A program made the position numbers and the translations under genes. A stretch of 64,000 nucleotides of DNA, taken from contig NZ_BAAAFH010000001.1 in assembly GCF_039523435.1 (NCBI RefSeq), positions 1 to 64,000 of the forward strand, given 5' to 3'. This document shows positions 51,964-62,210 of the stretch, piece after piece (positions within the stretch are counted from its first letter, which is position 1; each line of letters starts with the position of its first letter). The notes under the pieces are model-generated. The model had not been told where the DNA came from, searched no databases, and worked only from the letters and a program-made list of their open reading frames with translations. This DNA comes from Wandonia haliotis (GTDB lineage: Bacteria; Bacteroidota; Bacteroidia; Flavobacteriales_D; Crocinitomicaceae).

Positions 51964-53109
51964 GTGGGGTATTCATCCAATTTTTGGGCTCTTAGTTTTT
52001 CCATGTTTTTCTTCATGGTTAGTTTTAACCTGATAATGCCTGAGCTGAATAATTTCCTGACACAACTTGGCGGAGAAGATTATAAAGGATACATCATTGC
52101 ACTGTTCACCCTTGCAGCAGGATTAGCTCGTCCTTTCTCAGGCAAATTAGCCGACAAGATCGGACGAAAGCAAGTTATGTATGTAGGTTTACTTGTCAGT
52201 ATTCTATCTAACTTTGTATATCCTTTTGTTTCTGTAATCTGGCTATTCCTTCTGCTTCGCTTCTTTCACGGTTTCTCTACAGGATTTCACCCAACAGGAG
52301 CTACAGCGATGGTTTCAGATATTCTCCCGGAGAATCGACGAGGGGAAGGAATGGGAGTATTCGGCACGTCAATGTCACTGGGTATGGGACTGGGACAATC
52401 ACTTGGGACTCCCGTAGCAAACTGGCTGGGAATGAACGGACTCTTCTTATCAGCAGCCGGCATAGGGGTTATTAGTGCTGTTCTTTTACTCCGAGTAGAA
52501 GAAACACTTTCAGAAAAAGAGCGGTTTAAAAGAAAAATGCTTTTGGTTAAGAAAAATGAGATTTTTGATCCTTTAGTCACACCTGTTGCCATTACGATGT
52601 TTCTTTCTTCTTATTGTAGTGGTTTGATCCTTGTATTAATGCCGGATTTATCAGGATACCTGGGAATAGGAAACAAAGGTCTCTTCTTTATTTTTTATGT
52701 TGCATCTACGATTATGGTGCGAACATTTATGGGGAAACTATCTGACCGTATCGGACGAAGGCAAACCTTGTTTTATGGTATGCTTATTCTGTTAGGAGCA
52801 ATTATTTTACTTGCTTTTGCCGGAAATCTGGTTCTCTTCATTATTGCCGCTACAGTATTTGGTATTGCTACAGGAATCACCAGCCCTACTCTGTTTGCAT
52901 GGACAGCAGATCTCAGCAATCCCTCCAATAAAGGACGAGGTACCGGAACAATGTTTATTGCACTTGAAATGGGAATTATGTCCGGTGCATTATCTACACT
53001 GGTTTTCTATACAAATAATCTGGAAACCCTTCAGACCTGTCTATATGTAGGTGCTATCATGTGTATCCTTGCCCTTGGTTACCTTCAGACAATTAGAAGT
53101 AAATATTAA
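51964..53109 (+). CDS. MFS transporter
   Basis: 12-TM pattern with MFS signature loops (GKLADKIGRKQV; GKLSDRIGRRQT). Confidence 0.8.
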   Translation: MGYSSNFWALSFSMFFFMVSFNLIMPELNNFLTQLGGEDYKGYIIALFTLAAGLARPFSGKLADKIGRKQVMYVGLLVSILSNFVYPFVSVIWLFLLLRFFHGFSTGFHPTGATAMVSDILPENRRGEGMGVFGTSMSLGMGLGQSLGTPVANWLGMNGLFLSAAGIGVISAVLLLRVEETLSEKERFKRKMLLVKKNEIFDPLVTPVAITMFLSSYCSGLILVLMPDLSGYLGIGNKGLFFIFYVASTIMVRTFMGKLSDRIGRRQTLFYGMLILLGAIILLAFAGNLVLFIIAATVFGIATGITSPTLFAWTADLSNPSNKGRGTGTMFIALEMGIMSGALSTLVFYTNNLETLQTCLYVGAIMCILALGYLQTIRSKY

Positions 53110-53113
53110 ACGA

Positions 53114-53542
53114 TTATTCTTTGTCTTCCCGTCGAATATAATCAGCAAGAGAAGTTTCTGATAAAATAGATAATGTAGCGTCCCGCACCTCGAGCATCAC
53201 GTCTCTAAGTCCACAGGTTTCTTCATCTATACATTCTTCACATCTTTCGTAAAAGTTAAGACTCACACAAGGAAGCATGGCAATAGGCCCTCCTGAAATA
53301 CGTATAATCTGACTGAGTTCAATGTCTTCCGAAGGTTTTGCCAGATAGTATCCACCAGATGCCCCCAATTTAGATCGAACCAATCCATTATTTCTTAGTT
53401 CAACTAAAATTGCTTCCAGAAATTTGCGGGGAATTCCTTCTTTTTCAGAGATCTCAGAAATACGCAATGGTTTCTGTGATTTCTCATTTCTGGCTAACCT
53501 TACAAGGGCTTTTATGGCGTACTTAGACTTCTTTGAAAGCAT
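53114..53542 (-). CDS. Rrf2-family transcriptional regulator
   Basis: SKKSKYAIKALVRLA wHTH start. Cys cluster PCVSLNFYERCEEC consistent with a possible Fe-S ligand set. Confidence 0.8.
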   Translation of the reverse strand: MLSKKSKYAIKALVRLARNEKSQKPLRISEISEKEGIPRKFLEAILVELRNNGLVRSKLGASGGYYLAKPSEDIELSQIIRISGGPIAMLPCVSLNFYERCEECIDEETCGLRDVMLEVRDATLSILSETSLADYIRREDKE

Positions 53543-53603
53543 CGTTTGATCAGTAAATTCTTTGGTTAACCAAAGGTATGAATTTTAACAAAATTGTAAT
53601 TCG

Positions 53604-54932
53604 TCAGAGTAAGCCTCTGGCTTTTATTTCAAGGTATTTATTTATCGTTTCCATTGTCAGGTTTTCAGGCTCTGTCAAAACGGAATAAATACCATGTTTC
53701 CTGAGTTCGTTCACAATTAAGCGTTTCTCAAACTCATATTTCTCAGCAGTGACTTTTTCAAAAACCTCAAACAAATCAGAAGATTTTCGTTCAATGATGT
53801 GATCCAGTTCGGTATTTCTAAAAAAAACAATAACCAGTAAATGACTTTTTGCCATTCCTTTCAGATAAGGCAATTGTCTTTTCATACTTTCTATTGTATC
53901 AAAATTTGTGAATAACATCAATAAACTTCGCTGTCTGACTGTTCGTTTGACATCTACATATAATCGACTAAAATCACTTTCTTTAAAATCCGTCTGGATG
54001 GAATACAGATTTTCTGTAATCAACTGCATTTGCGTCTTTCTTCTGTCCGCTGCAATGATATTTTCTACTTTTCTGGAAAAAGTAAACATCCCGGCCTTAT
54101 CACTTTTATTGATAATTACATTTGCCAGTACTAATGTAGAATTTATTGCATAGTCCAGTAATGTCATCCCGTTAAAAGGCATTTTCATCTGACGTCCCTT
54201 GTCAATAACCAGATAGATTTCCTGTGCTTTCTCGTCCTGGTATTGATTCACCATCAATTCATTCCGTTTGGCCGTTGCTTTCCAGTTTATCGTACGGATA
54301 TCATCTCCTCTGACATATTCTTTGATCTGTTCAAATTCAGTTGTATGACCTATTCTTCGGATCTTTCGCAATCCGAAATGCTTAAATTTATCATTAAATG
54401 CTACCAGCCCATATTTTCGTAACTGGATGTATGAAGGGTAGACAGGGACCATTTTATCTGAATCAAAACGATACCGTTTTGCAACCAAACCAATAGCTGA
54501 ACTCACATAGCAATTTAAAGCTCCAAACTGATACTCACCTCTTTCTACAGGGCGAAGAAAATAAACAAATTCATCACTCTGTCCGGACTTTATTGTCCGA
54601 ATTACCGAAAAGTCACGTATCTGAAATTGCACCGGGATTTCATCTACAACTTCAATACGTGTTGTAAACGAATAATTACTTCTTAGTTTTATCAGGATCT
54701 CATTTTGATCTCCATTTGACAATCGATCCGCAGCAATGCGCTCTCCCGTGATTCCGTTTTTCATAAACAGGATCACACTGTCTATTAATGTAGCTGTTAG
54801 TAACGCTACAAGACATAGTTCCGCAACGACAAATAACCATCCAAAGAAAAAAGACACAATGAACAAAGCTACAATTCCCAACAAGGAATAGAAAAACAAT
54901 GAGTTTATATAGAGTGCCTTCGCTACTTTCAT
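53604..54932 (-). CDS. DUF58-family protein (MoxR-associated, vWA-like) with N-terminal TM helices
   Basis: Position directly downstream of the MoxR ATPase, N-terminal TM pair, size. Confidence 0.6.
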   Translation of the reverse strand: MKVAKALYINSLFFYSLLGIVALFIVSFFFGWLFVVAELCLVALLTATLIDSVILFMKNGITGERIAADRLSNGDQNEILIKLRSNYSFTTRIEVVDEIPVQFQIRDFSVIRTIKSGQSDEFVYFLRPVERGEYQFGALNCYVSSAIGLVAKRYRFDSDKMVPVYPSYIQLRKYGLVAFNDKFKHFGLRKIRRIGHTTEFEQIKEYVRGDDIRTINWKATAKRNELMVNQYQDEKAQEIYLVIDKGRQMKMPFNGMTLLDYAINSTLVLANVIINKSDKAGMFTFSRKVENIIAADRRKTQMQLITENLYSIQTDFKESDFSRLYVDVKRTVRQRSLLMLFTNFDTIESMKRQLPYLKGMAKSHLLVIVFFRNTELDHIIERKSSDLFEVFEKVTAEKYEFEKRLIVNELRKHGIYSVLTEPENLTMETINKYLEIKARGLL

Positions 54933-54937
54933 GTTAC

Positions 54938-55942
54938 TTAACGGGGAATTTCAACACTATCAACAATCTGTCCGATAACCTGAGAAGCAGTCAATCCCTC
55001 CATTTCTCGTTCCGGAGAAACGATGATTCTGTGTTGCAGAACCGGTACAGCAGCATCTTTTATATCATCAGGTGTAACAAAATCACGTCCGCGAATAGCT
55101 GCAAATCCTTTCGCTGCATTCAAAAGAGCGATGGAAGCTCTCGGTGATCCTCCCAAATATAAAAACTGATGTTCCCGTGTTTGCATAACTAATCTCGCTA
55201 TGTATTCAAACAGGTGCTCTTCGATCTTAATCTTTTTCACCAATTCCTGATATCCTACTAATTCTTTTTGCGCAATAACCGTATTGATCCCTTCCATCTT
55301 ATCCTTGTTCTCAAGCTTGTTTTCTTTCACAAGAATATTAACCTCTTCTTCCAAAGATGGATACCCAACATTGATTTTAAACAGAAAACGATCAAGTTGA
55401 GCTTCGGGTAAACGATAAGTACCTTCCTGTTCAATCGGGTTTTGCGTAGCAATAACCAGAAAAGGTGGATCCATCAAATACGTAGTTCCGTCCGCAGTAA
55501 TCTGACGTTCTTCCATTACCTCAAACAAAGCAGCTTGTGTTTTTGCCGGAGCACGGTTAATCTCATCAATCAGTACAAAATTAGCAAACACCGGTCCTCT
55601 TTTGAATTCAAAAGCAGACTTAGACACATCAAACACAGATGTTCCAATAATGTCTGAAGGCATTAAATCCGGTGTAAACTGAATCCGGCTAAAATTCAGA
55701 GATAATGTTCTTGCAAGTAACTTGGCTGTAACTGTTTTCGCAACACCGGGTGCACCTTCAATGAGAACATGTCCGTTTGCAAGAATTGCTACCAGTAACT
55801 GATCGATCATTTTATCCTGTCCGACAATCACCTTTCCGATCTCATTCCGTACAGCATCGACAGCAACCTTTAAAGGTTCAAGGTTGATACGCGACTCGAA
55901 GTTTACCCCTCCGTTTTCTTCCAACTCTTTATTTTCTTCCAT
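54938..55942 (-). CDS. MoxR-family AAA+ ATPase
   Basis: VIVGQDKMIDQLLVAILANGHVLIEGAPGVAKT Walker A region and the characteristic MoxR C-terminal region. Confidence 0.9.
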   Translation of the reverse strand: MEENKELEENGGVNFESRINLEPLKVAVDAVRNEIGKVIVGQDKMIDQLLVAILANGHVLIEGAPGVAKTVTAKLLARTLSLNFSRIQFTPDLMPSDIIGTSVFDVSKSAFEFKRGPVFANFVLIDEINRAPAKTQAALFEVMEERQITADGTTYLMDPPFLVIATQNPIEQEGTYRLPEAQLDRFLFKINVGYPSLEEEVNILVKENKLENKDKMEGINTVIAQKELVGYQELVKKIKIEEHLFEYIARLVMQTREHQFLYLGGSPRASIALLNAAKGFAAIRGRDFVTPDDIKDAAVPVLQHRIIVSPEREMEGLTASQVIGQIVDSVEIPR

Positions 55943-55947
55943 AACTG

Positions 55948-57141
55948 TTATAGATTCATTTTTTCAAGTAACTTATTCAAACCAATAACATCATATTCCG
56001 TCGCTGTTGTTCGGTTATAGTGATGCTTAATGATTTCATATAACTGGTTCACATCTTTTTCAGCTGCTCCTAAAACCTGAAGAAGCTTATCCCTAAAACG
56101 ATCGTCTATCTCACGAGTATCTATCCTGTGATCTTTTCTCATCTTTTCAAGGAAAAACATGATTCGTTTATCCATTATTGTATAGTAATCCTTTTCCCTG
56201 TAATGTAAATCAGCAACCGTTCGCACAAACTGAAGCGTGGTATTCGCATGTGGTATTTTCACAGGTATTACTCGCTGTCTTCGCTTTGCCCTGAAAATCA
56301 TAAATAAAACTCCCGTTATCAAAAGTAATAACCACGCCCATTTCAACGAGCGCTTCGACATAATGAAACGCAATGGGGTATTCCCCAGGTTTTCATTGGA
56401 CAAGTTTCCATTGGAGTAGAAAAAGACCGTTTTTTCATTGATATATCCTGCCAGATATTCGGTATATTCTCTTTTTTCCTTTTCCAGAAGAAAATAGTTA
56501 GAAAAAACTTCCGGGTTCAGATGCAAGAATACTGTTCCATCTCCATACGGAAGCCGGATAAAATTGACTCCTAATTCATCTGTATCCGAATAACGCAACC
56601 CCAATTTGATTTGATCAGAACTATCCGGCAAAGAAAAATATTGATTCTCGTGCCAGACAGGAAGTTCAAACTCATTATCCGTACTTCCCGGGAGTAATAG
56701 CTTCATTGTATCCCCTATCCAGGCTCCAGACTCCAACTCTACCTCTAAATCTTCCAAAAAATCATACGGAAAATCAGAACAACTCAAAAAGACGGTATTT
56801 CCGAAAGAAGCAAAATCAAGAATTTCTTGCTGGGAATAGTTATCAAGCGAAAAATCTCTTGAAATATACAAGAATGTCCCCTTTACCGAGTAGTTCAACT
56901 CCTCAGTATCGAACTTGTCTATAAAAAAATTATACGGCGTCTCTGAAAATCGGATAACTTCAGACTCATCTAATAAAGCATCTACTTCCTGATTCCACAC
57001 ATACAACCCGAACGGTGTTTTTTTTGCCGTTTTGTAATACGGGTACCAGTCCACCGGTTTAGGTCGCGAAGCTTCAAAAATAACCAACCCTATTACGATT
57101 AGCAGCAGAAAGCCTATGTATATGTATAAACGCCTACTCAT
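55948..57141 (-). CDS. Membrane-anchored hypothetical protein of the conserved MoxR cluster (DUF4350-like)
   Basis: N- and C-proximal TM segments; conserved gene-neighbourhood position. Confidence 0.4.
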   Translation of the reverse strand: MSRRLYIYIGFLLLIVIGLVIFEASRPKPVDWYPYYKTAKKTPFGLYVWNQEVDALLDESEVIRFSETPYNFFIDKFDTEELNYSVKGTFLYISRDFSLDNYSQQEILDFASFGNTVFLSCSDFPYDFLEDLEVELESGAWIGDTMKLLLPGSTDNEFELPVWHENQYFSLPDSSDQIKLGLRYSDTDELGVNFIRLPYGDGTVFLHLNPEVFSNYFLLEKEKREYTEYLAGYINEKTVFFYSNGNLSNENLGNTPLRFIMSKRSLKWAWLLLLITGVLFMIFRAKRRQRVIPVKIPHANTTLQFVRTVADLHYREKDYYTIMDKRIMFFLEKMRKDHRIDTREIDDRFRDKLLQVLGAAEKDVNQLYEIIKHHYNRTTATEYDVIGLNKLLEKMNL

Positions 57142-57883
57142 ATTTCGTTCTTACTGCTTTTTTAAACTGCTCTTCTGTTTTTCTGAATTGCTCTGCATCC
57201 AATTCGAACTCTCCATACCAGCAATAATCATAGATATAGGACAGATATGCGAATTGATTCCGGGTTGTCTGATCTTTTATCTCGTACAGGTATTCTGTGT
57301 TTGTTTTATCCTTATGCCAGATAATTACGTTCCCCGCAGAAAGTTGTTTTAACAACCACAAATAATAATATCGTACAGCCAATCTGAAATCTTTTGCTTC
57401 AATGGCTTTGGCTACCAGTTGCTCAAAATCAACCTTCTGTATATTCTCAGCGATGACTTCTGAAACATGAATTTTCCGCTTTCTTTTAAAGATCCCTGAA
57501 ATCTCATCTCTGAAGAAAGAACGAAGAATAAGAAAAACAAGTCCTGCAATAGCTAAAACAGCCAAAATTTTAAATATCAGATTCCAGTTTGTCGGTTCTC
57601 CGTCAGGTGTGTACAAGATCTCGCTTAACCACTCCCAAAATCGTGCCCATAACCGTTCGAAAAAAGACATCTCATCATTGACTACTATTTCTCTGGAATA
57701 GTTAAATTCATCAGAGGCATAACGGTCATTAAAGCCTTCTTCAAATTGTTTTTTTTCAGGTGCGACAGGAAATTCTTCCTTATTAATTTCCCCGGACGAA
57801 AACACCAGAAAAGGTAGAAGAAAAAACAACCCCGCAAGAGCAAAAAAAGAAAGATTACGATATGACAGCTTATTCTTCTTCAC
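57134..57883 (-). CDS. Membrane hypothetical protein of the MoxR cluster (DUF4129-like)
   Basis: Two TM segments and an acidic C-terminal domain; neighbourhood. Confidence 0.4.
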   Translation of the reverse strand: MKKNKLSYRNLSFFALAGLFFLLPFLVFSSGEINKEEFPVAPEKKQFEEGFNDRYASDEFNYSREIVVNDEMSFFERLWARFWEWLSEILYTPDGEPTNWNLIFKILAVLAIAGLVFLILRSFFRDEISGIFKRKRKIHVSEVIAENIQKVDFEQLVAKAIEAKDFRLAVRYYYLWLLKQLSAGNVIIWHKDKTNTEYLYEIKDQTTRNQFAYLSYIYDYCWYGEFELDAEQFRKTEEQFKKAVRTKYE

Positions 57884-58829
57884 TTAATCCGATAGCATCA
57901 ATTTCACTGTTTACACTGATATTGTCTCTTTCTTCGAGGTTAGAATAATAAATAACTCCCTGATTCACCAACATCAAATTCTGCATAATAATACTTATTA
58001 AGCTTGTAAAAATGATAATCAGAGTCATAACAAAGAACATCGTAGAGGCTGTATCTCTCATGTCCATAGAAGACTGACTGGCAGATTCTGCTGAAGCAAT
58101 AAAAGACACTATCGTTATTAAATACGGTATAAAGAAAAGAATCGATGTTACCGCATTAATAATCATGTAGATGATCAGTGTAGAACCGACAGTTGGCCAG
58201 AATTTTTTAGTCGCAAAATGATACCCCACTCCGACAGATTTCAAAAAGCCGTTATCCGTTGAGATATAATCATAAAAACTAAGCATTACCCATGAAATCA
58301 TCATTGGTGTCATAATAAATAGCAGTGGAATTCCAATCAGCACCATTGCTAAAAGAGAGATCAATGAAAAAGTAACAATGAAAATAGGAACGAAAGTAAC
58401 CAGAGAAGCCAGAAAGAAAAGAATGGCTTTTCCTACTTTTCTTTTAATAAATCCAAACAAAGCATCATTCGTAATCTCCTCTCCTTTAGCAACTTTATTC
58501 AAAAAAGCAACCGGATACAGGTACAGAACCAACGTCAGAATTATTAGAACGACGAAAATGAGTAGTACTAATCCTATGTACAAATTTTCATTAGCGATCA
58601 AGTTCTGCTCAAGAACCCGACTACTACTATACCCTCTTTCCATTGAATTAAGCACGTCATCCATGAACACTCTTGAAAAGAAGAATGTTGTAACCAATAG
58701 CAACAGGATTACAATTCCGTTAATAACGAAGAAACCTTTTAAATACGATTTCCCATAGGCTTTAAAGAAACCGAATGTGTCAGAAATAAGCGCATTAAAG
58801 TCACGCTTCTTGAGTAGCTGGTAGCTCAT
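57870..58829 (-). CDS. Polytopic membrane protein of the MoxR cluster
   Basis: Multiple hydrophobic helices. Confidence 0.4.
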   Translation of the reverse strand: MSYQLLKKRDFNALISDTFGFFKAYGKSYLKGFFVINGIVILLLLVTTFFFSRVFMDDVLNSMERGYSSSRVLEQNLIANENLYIGLVLLIFVVLIILTLVLYLYPVAFLNKVAKGEEITNDALFGFIKRKVGKAILFFLASLVTFVPIFIVTFSLISLLAMVLIGIPLLFIMTPMMISWVMLSFYDYISTDNGFLKSVGVGYHFATKKFWPTVGSTLIIYMIINAVTSILFFIPYLITIVSFIASAESASQSSMDMRDTASTMFFVMTLIIIFTSLISIIMQNLMLVNQGVIYYSNLEERDNISVNSEIDAIGLSEEE

Positions 58830-59790
58830 TTGTTTTTAATTTTCGTATAACAATAAAAGGATAGATCAAATAATAGAAAGCAATTAAACTCAACGTTGAC
58901 AGGATAATAAAGAAGGCCAGAAAAATCGGCATTTCCATAGCATATCTCGTTATATATCCTTCCAAGAATCCTGCAGCGATGGTAAAAGGCATGGTACTCA
59001 AAAACAATTTAAACGTATTTTTAAATCCTATTTTGAATGAATTTAATCGAGAATAGGTTTGCGGGAATAATATGCTGGCACCAAGAGCAAAACCTGCAGC
59101 AGCTTCAATTACGATTGCAAAAATCTCCATAGATCCGTGAATCCATATTCCGCGAACACTTTCCCAAAACACTCCCTGTTGATAGAAGAAGAACTGAAAA
59201 GACCCTATCATAATACAGTTATTCAAATAAATATAGAAGGTACCTACTCCCAGAAAAATCCCCCAGAAATAAGCGAGTACCCCCACCCTAAGGTTGTTAA
59301 ATGTAATACCGATAAAACTTCCCCAGTCACTTCCTGACTTATACACGGCAACCGGATTACCGTCCGCTATGTTTTCCAACGTCATGTTTACATAACTATC
59401 ACCAAGAATCAAACGTACAAAACTCTGATCGTAAGCGGCTGAAAGAACTCCGATTGAAACCAATACGGCAAACAAAGCAAAAGAAAAATAAATATACTTT
59501 CTGTAATTATAAGCGATAACAGGTACTTCTACCTTGAAAAACTGAACCAGTCTGTTCGAATCCTCCCGCTTACTTCCATACACCTTCTGGTATATTCCCG
59601 AAGCCAGGTAATTGACATATTTAGTTGTCTTACTTTTGGGGTAATATGTTTGCGAATATGCCAGATCATTCAAAATCTCTACATACAACGAAGATAGCTC
59701 ATCCGGTGTACGTGAGATTTTTCCGGATACAAGTTGTTCAACTTCTAACCATTTTTCTTTATTTTGCTTTATGAATGCTACTTCTCGCAT
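58801..59790 (-). CDS. Stage II sporulation protein M-like (DUF95) membrane protein
   Basis: Polytopic membrane protein; conserved position next to the RDD gene. Confidence 0.4.
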   Translation of the reverse strand: MREVAFIKQNKEKWLEVEQLVSGKISRTPDELSSLYVEILNDLAYSQTYYPKSKTTKYVNYLASGIYQKVYGSKREDSNRLVQFFKVEVPVIAYNYRKYIYFSFALFAVLVSIGVLSAAYDQSFVRLILGDSYVNMTLENIADGNPVAVYKSGSDWGSFIGITFNNLRVGVLAYFWGIFLGVGTFYIYLNNCIMIGSFQFFFYQQGVFWESVRGIWIHGSMEIFAIVIEAAAGFALGASILFPQTYSRLNSFKIGFKNTFKLFLSTMPFTIAAGFLEGYITRYAMEMPIFLAFFIILSTLSLIAFYYLIYPFIVIRKLKTNELPATQEA

Positions 59791-59810
59791 GGGGAGCTAA
59801 AATAGAAATA

Positions 59811-60551
59811 ATGTCACAATTACCAATAAATACAACTCAAAATGTAAACGTTGAATTCACTTTAGCTTCTGTTGGTTCCCGAATACTGGCTCAAATTTTG
59901 GATTTAGTTTTCAAAGCGTGTTATGTAATTGTACTTTTTATTATTCTTGATCAATTCAACTCTCTGAGCCGATTATACTGGATGGACCAATGGTCCTACA
60001 TTGCCATAGTACTCATTTTGTCTATTCCTGTTATCTTCTATACACTTTTCTTTGAATTCATTTGGAAAGGTCAGACCCCCGGAAAAAGAATTCTGAAAAT
60101 TCGTGTTATAAAAATCGATGGATTTAATGCCGGTTTTGCTGAGTATCTGGTTCGATGGCTATTCAGAACTATAGATACTACTATCGGTAATGGTATAATC
60201 GGCTTGCTGACTATCATTTTCAATCCTAAAAACCAACGTTTTGGCGATTTGGCAGCCGGAACAGCTGTTATTACGTTAAAACAGGATGTTTCGATCAATC
60301 AAACCATACTTTTAAAGCTACAGGAGGATTATAAACCACTTTATCCCTCTGTTATCAGGCTATCAGATAATGATATTCGGATTATAAAAGAGTCCTTCCT
60401 TGCTTCGGTACGATCTAAGGATTACAAAACCGTTTCTAAACTTGCGCAAAAGATCAAAGATGTCACGGAAATACAGGAAACAAAACAAAAAGATGTTGAC
60501 TTCGTAAAGACGGTTCTGAAAGATTATACTTTTTTCACACAGGAAATGTAA
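59811..60551 (+). CDS. RDD-family membrane protein
   Basis: FTLASVGSRILAQILDL...KGQTPGKRILKIRV signature. Start taken at the internal Met. Confidence 0.6.
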   Translation: MSQLPINTTQNVNVEFTLASVGSRILAQILDLVFKACYVIVLFIILDQFNSLSRLYWMDQWSYIAIVLILSIPVIFYTLFFEFIWKGQTPGKRILKIRVIKIDGFNAGFAEYLVRWLFRTIDTTIGNGIIGLLTIIFNPKNQRFGDLAAGTAVITLKQDVSINQTILLKLQEDYKPLYPSVIRLSDNDIRIIKESFLASVRSKDYKTVSKLAQKIKDVTEIQETKQKDVDFVKTVLKDYTFFTQEM

Positions 60552-60552
60552 T

Positions 60553-60909
60553 TTACAGTTCAAGCTCAATAGAAGGATCCCAGAATATCTCCTTAAAGTT
60601 TACAATACGATCATCTTTCACCTGAATACCTTCTGCTTCCAATAATTCCTCCATTTGAGTTGGTGTAGAAAAATGAGCCTTCCCTGTAAGCAGTCCATTT
60701 CTGTTCACCACCCGTTGTGCCGGAACTCCAGACTGTGTATGAGCAGCATTCATTGCCCAGCCCACCATCCGACTGGAACGTGGAGCCCCCAGGTAACGTG
60801 CTATTGCGCCATAACTCGTAACACGACCTTCAGGAATTAAACGCACCACATCATATACTGATTGAAAAAAATCTATGTGTTTGTCGTTAATAGAAAGCAT
60901 AGTAATCAC
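60553..60909 (-). CDS. MGMT-family alkyltransferase-like (ATL) protein lacking the acceptor cysteine
   Basis: Ogt C-terminal DNA-binding domain pattern (GRVTSYGAIA). PAQRV stands in place of PCHRV. Confidence 0.7.
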   Translation of the reverse strand: MITMLSINDKHIDFFQSVYDVVRLIPEGRVTSYGAIARYLGAPRSSRMVGWAMNAAHTQSGVPAQRVVNRNGLLTGKAHFSTPTQMEELLEAEGIQVKDDRIVNFKEIFWDPSIELEL

Positions 60910-61322
60910 TTCTTTTTTCTTCTAAATACTCTTTCTACCCAATCGAATTTTACTTCACGATCTCTGTTAGGATCACTCAGAACATAACCACACACCAAGC
61001 ATTCTGTTTTTTCTACCTTACCCGATTTTCCAGAAAAAATATAGCCTATAGCTTCCATTCTCCCCGTAAACTTCTTTAATTCACTAACTGTACTCAACTT
61101 AAAGCTACCACACCTCATACACTGATTCAGAGAGGACACATCACCACCAAAAGGCGAATCTTTTACCAATTTACTTAAAGCTAAATTGGATAACCCTCTT
61201 TCATCCACCTCTTCTAAAATAAGTTTCTTAGAATTATTTAAATACCCAGAGTACTTAAACTTAATTAAAAAAGCCAACTCCCTATCGCTTAAAGACTTCA
61301 AAAACTCCCTTACTCCAGACAT
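60906..61322 (-). CDS. Hypothetical protein with two CxxC pairs (zinc-ribbon-like)
   Basis: CMRCG...CLVCG. Confidence 0.4.
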   Translation of the reverse strand: MSGVREFLKSLSDRELAFLIKFKYSGYLNNSKKLILEEVDERGLSNLALSKLVKDSPFGGDVSSLNQCMRCGSFKLSTVSELKKFTGRMEAIGYIFSGKSGKVEKTECLVCGYVLSDPNRDREVKFDWVERVFRRKKK

Positions 61323-61358
61323 TTATGATGATAATCCTTCTTCTTAAAAAGAATAAAA

Positions 61359-62039
61359 TTAATGAATCAAAAACTTACTATACTTAATTTTGAACCCTTT
61401 AGCAGAAAACAGAGTTTCGTAATGTGTTTTAATATCCAGAATTTCGCGGGTTTCTTCATCCAGATTTTCAATCAGTTCTCCATACAAATCCCATGTAGAT
61501 TGGATAGGCGTATATTTTTTTTCTTGTATCTCTTCTTCTGTAAATTCAAATAAAATATCACTATCCGTCTTCACATGAACTATTCCTCCGGGTTTTAAAA
61601 ACTTTCTATACCGATTTATAAACAATTCCGAAGTAAGTCTTTTACGAGGTTTAGCCGGTTGCGGATCAGAAAATGTCAACCAGATTTCATCAATTTCATT
61701 CTCTGCAAAAAAAGCATCAATAAAATCAATACGCGTCCGGAGGAATCCCACATTCTGCATGTTAGCATTCAATGCTTCTCTGGCGCCTATAAACATACGC
61801 GCCCCCTTTATATCAACTCCTATGTAATTTTTATTCGGGTAACGTTTGGCCAACCCAACCGCATACTCCCCTTTACCACACCCCAACTCAAGTACGATAG
61901 GATTTTCATTTTTAAAAAACTCACTTCTCCACTTCCCTTTTAAATGAAAATTTCCCGACTTGATATCTTCCATTGTAGGTTCGACAACATGATCAAAGGT
62001 TTTCATTGCCGCGAAGCGTTCCAGTTTACGTTTTGCCAT
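61359..62039 (-). CDS. trmB: tRNA (guanine46-N7)-methyltransferase
   Basis: SAM-binding motif LELGCGKGEY; length and pattern. Confidence 0.85.
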   Translation of the reverse strand: MAKRKLERFAAMKTFDHVVEPTMEDIKSGNFHLKGKWRSEFFKNENPIVLELGCGKGEYAVGLAKRYPNKNYIGVDIKGARMFIGAREALNANMQNVGFLRTRIDFIDAFFAENEIDEIWLTFSDPQPAKPRKRLTSELFINRYRKFLKPGGIVHVKTDSDILFEFTEEEIQEKKYTPIQSTWDLYGELIENLDEETREILDIKTHYETLFSAKGFKIKYSKFLIH

Positions 62040-62112
62040 AATCTTTATGAATATTGAAGGAACAAAAGTAGGGAAAATTAACTGTTTAAACTTTTATCCG
62101 TAAATGAAAAAA

Positions 62113-62130
62113 GGAAGCTAATTAGCTTCC
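62113..62130 (-). terminator. Perfect palindrome GGAAGCTAATTAGCTTCC followed on the minus strand by a T6 run. This is the intrinsic terminator of the tRNA gene
   Basis: Read directly. Confidence 0.6.
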
Positions 62131-62136
62131 TTTTCG

Positions 62137-62210
62137 TGGCGCGGGGGAGATTTGAACTCCCGACCTCAGGGTTATGAATCCTGCGCTCTAACCAACTGAG
62201 CTACCGCGCC
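62137..62210 (-). tRNA. tRNA with anticodon CAT (elongator Met, or Ile2 if C34 is modified to lysidine)
   Basis: The reverse complement folds into a full cloverleaf: GGCGCGG / TA / GCTC AGTTGGTTA GAGC / G / CAGGA TTCATAA CCCTG / AGGTC / GGGAG TTCAAAT CTCCC / CCGCGCC / A. The G1-C72 pair argues against an initiator. Confidence 0.85.

Noticed and set aside
62137-62210. Initiator tRNA-fMet assignment for the CAT tRNA
   Set aside because: Positions 1 and 72 form a G-C pair rather than the bacterial initiator C1xA72 mismatch. The anticodon stem also lacks the three consecutive G-C pairs.
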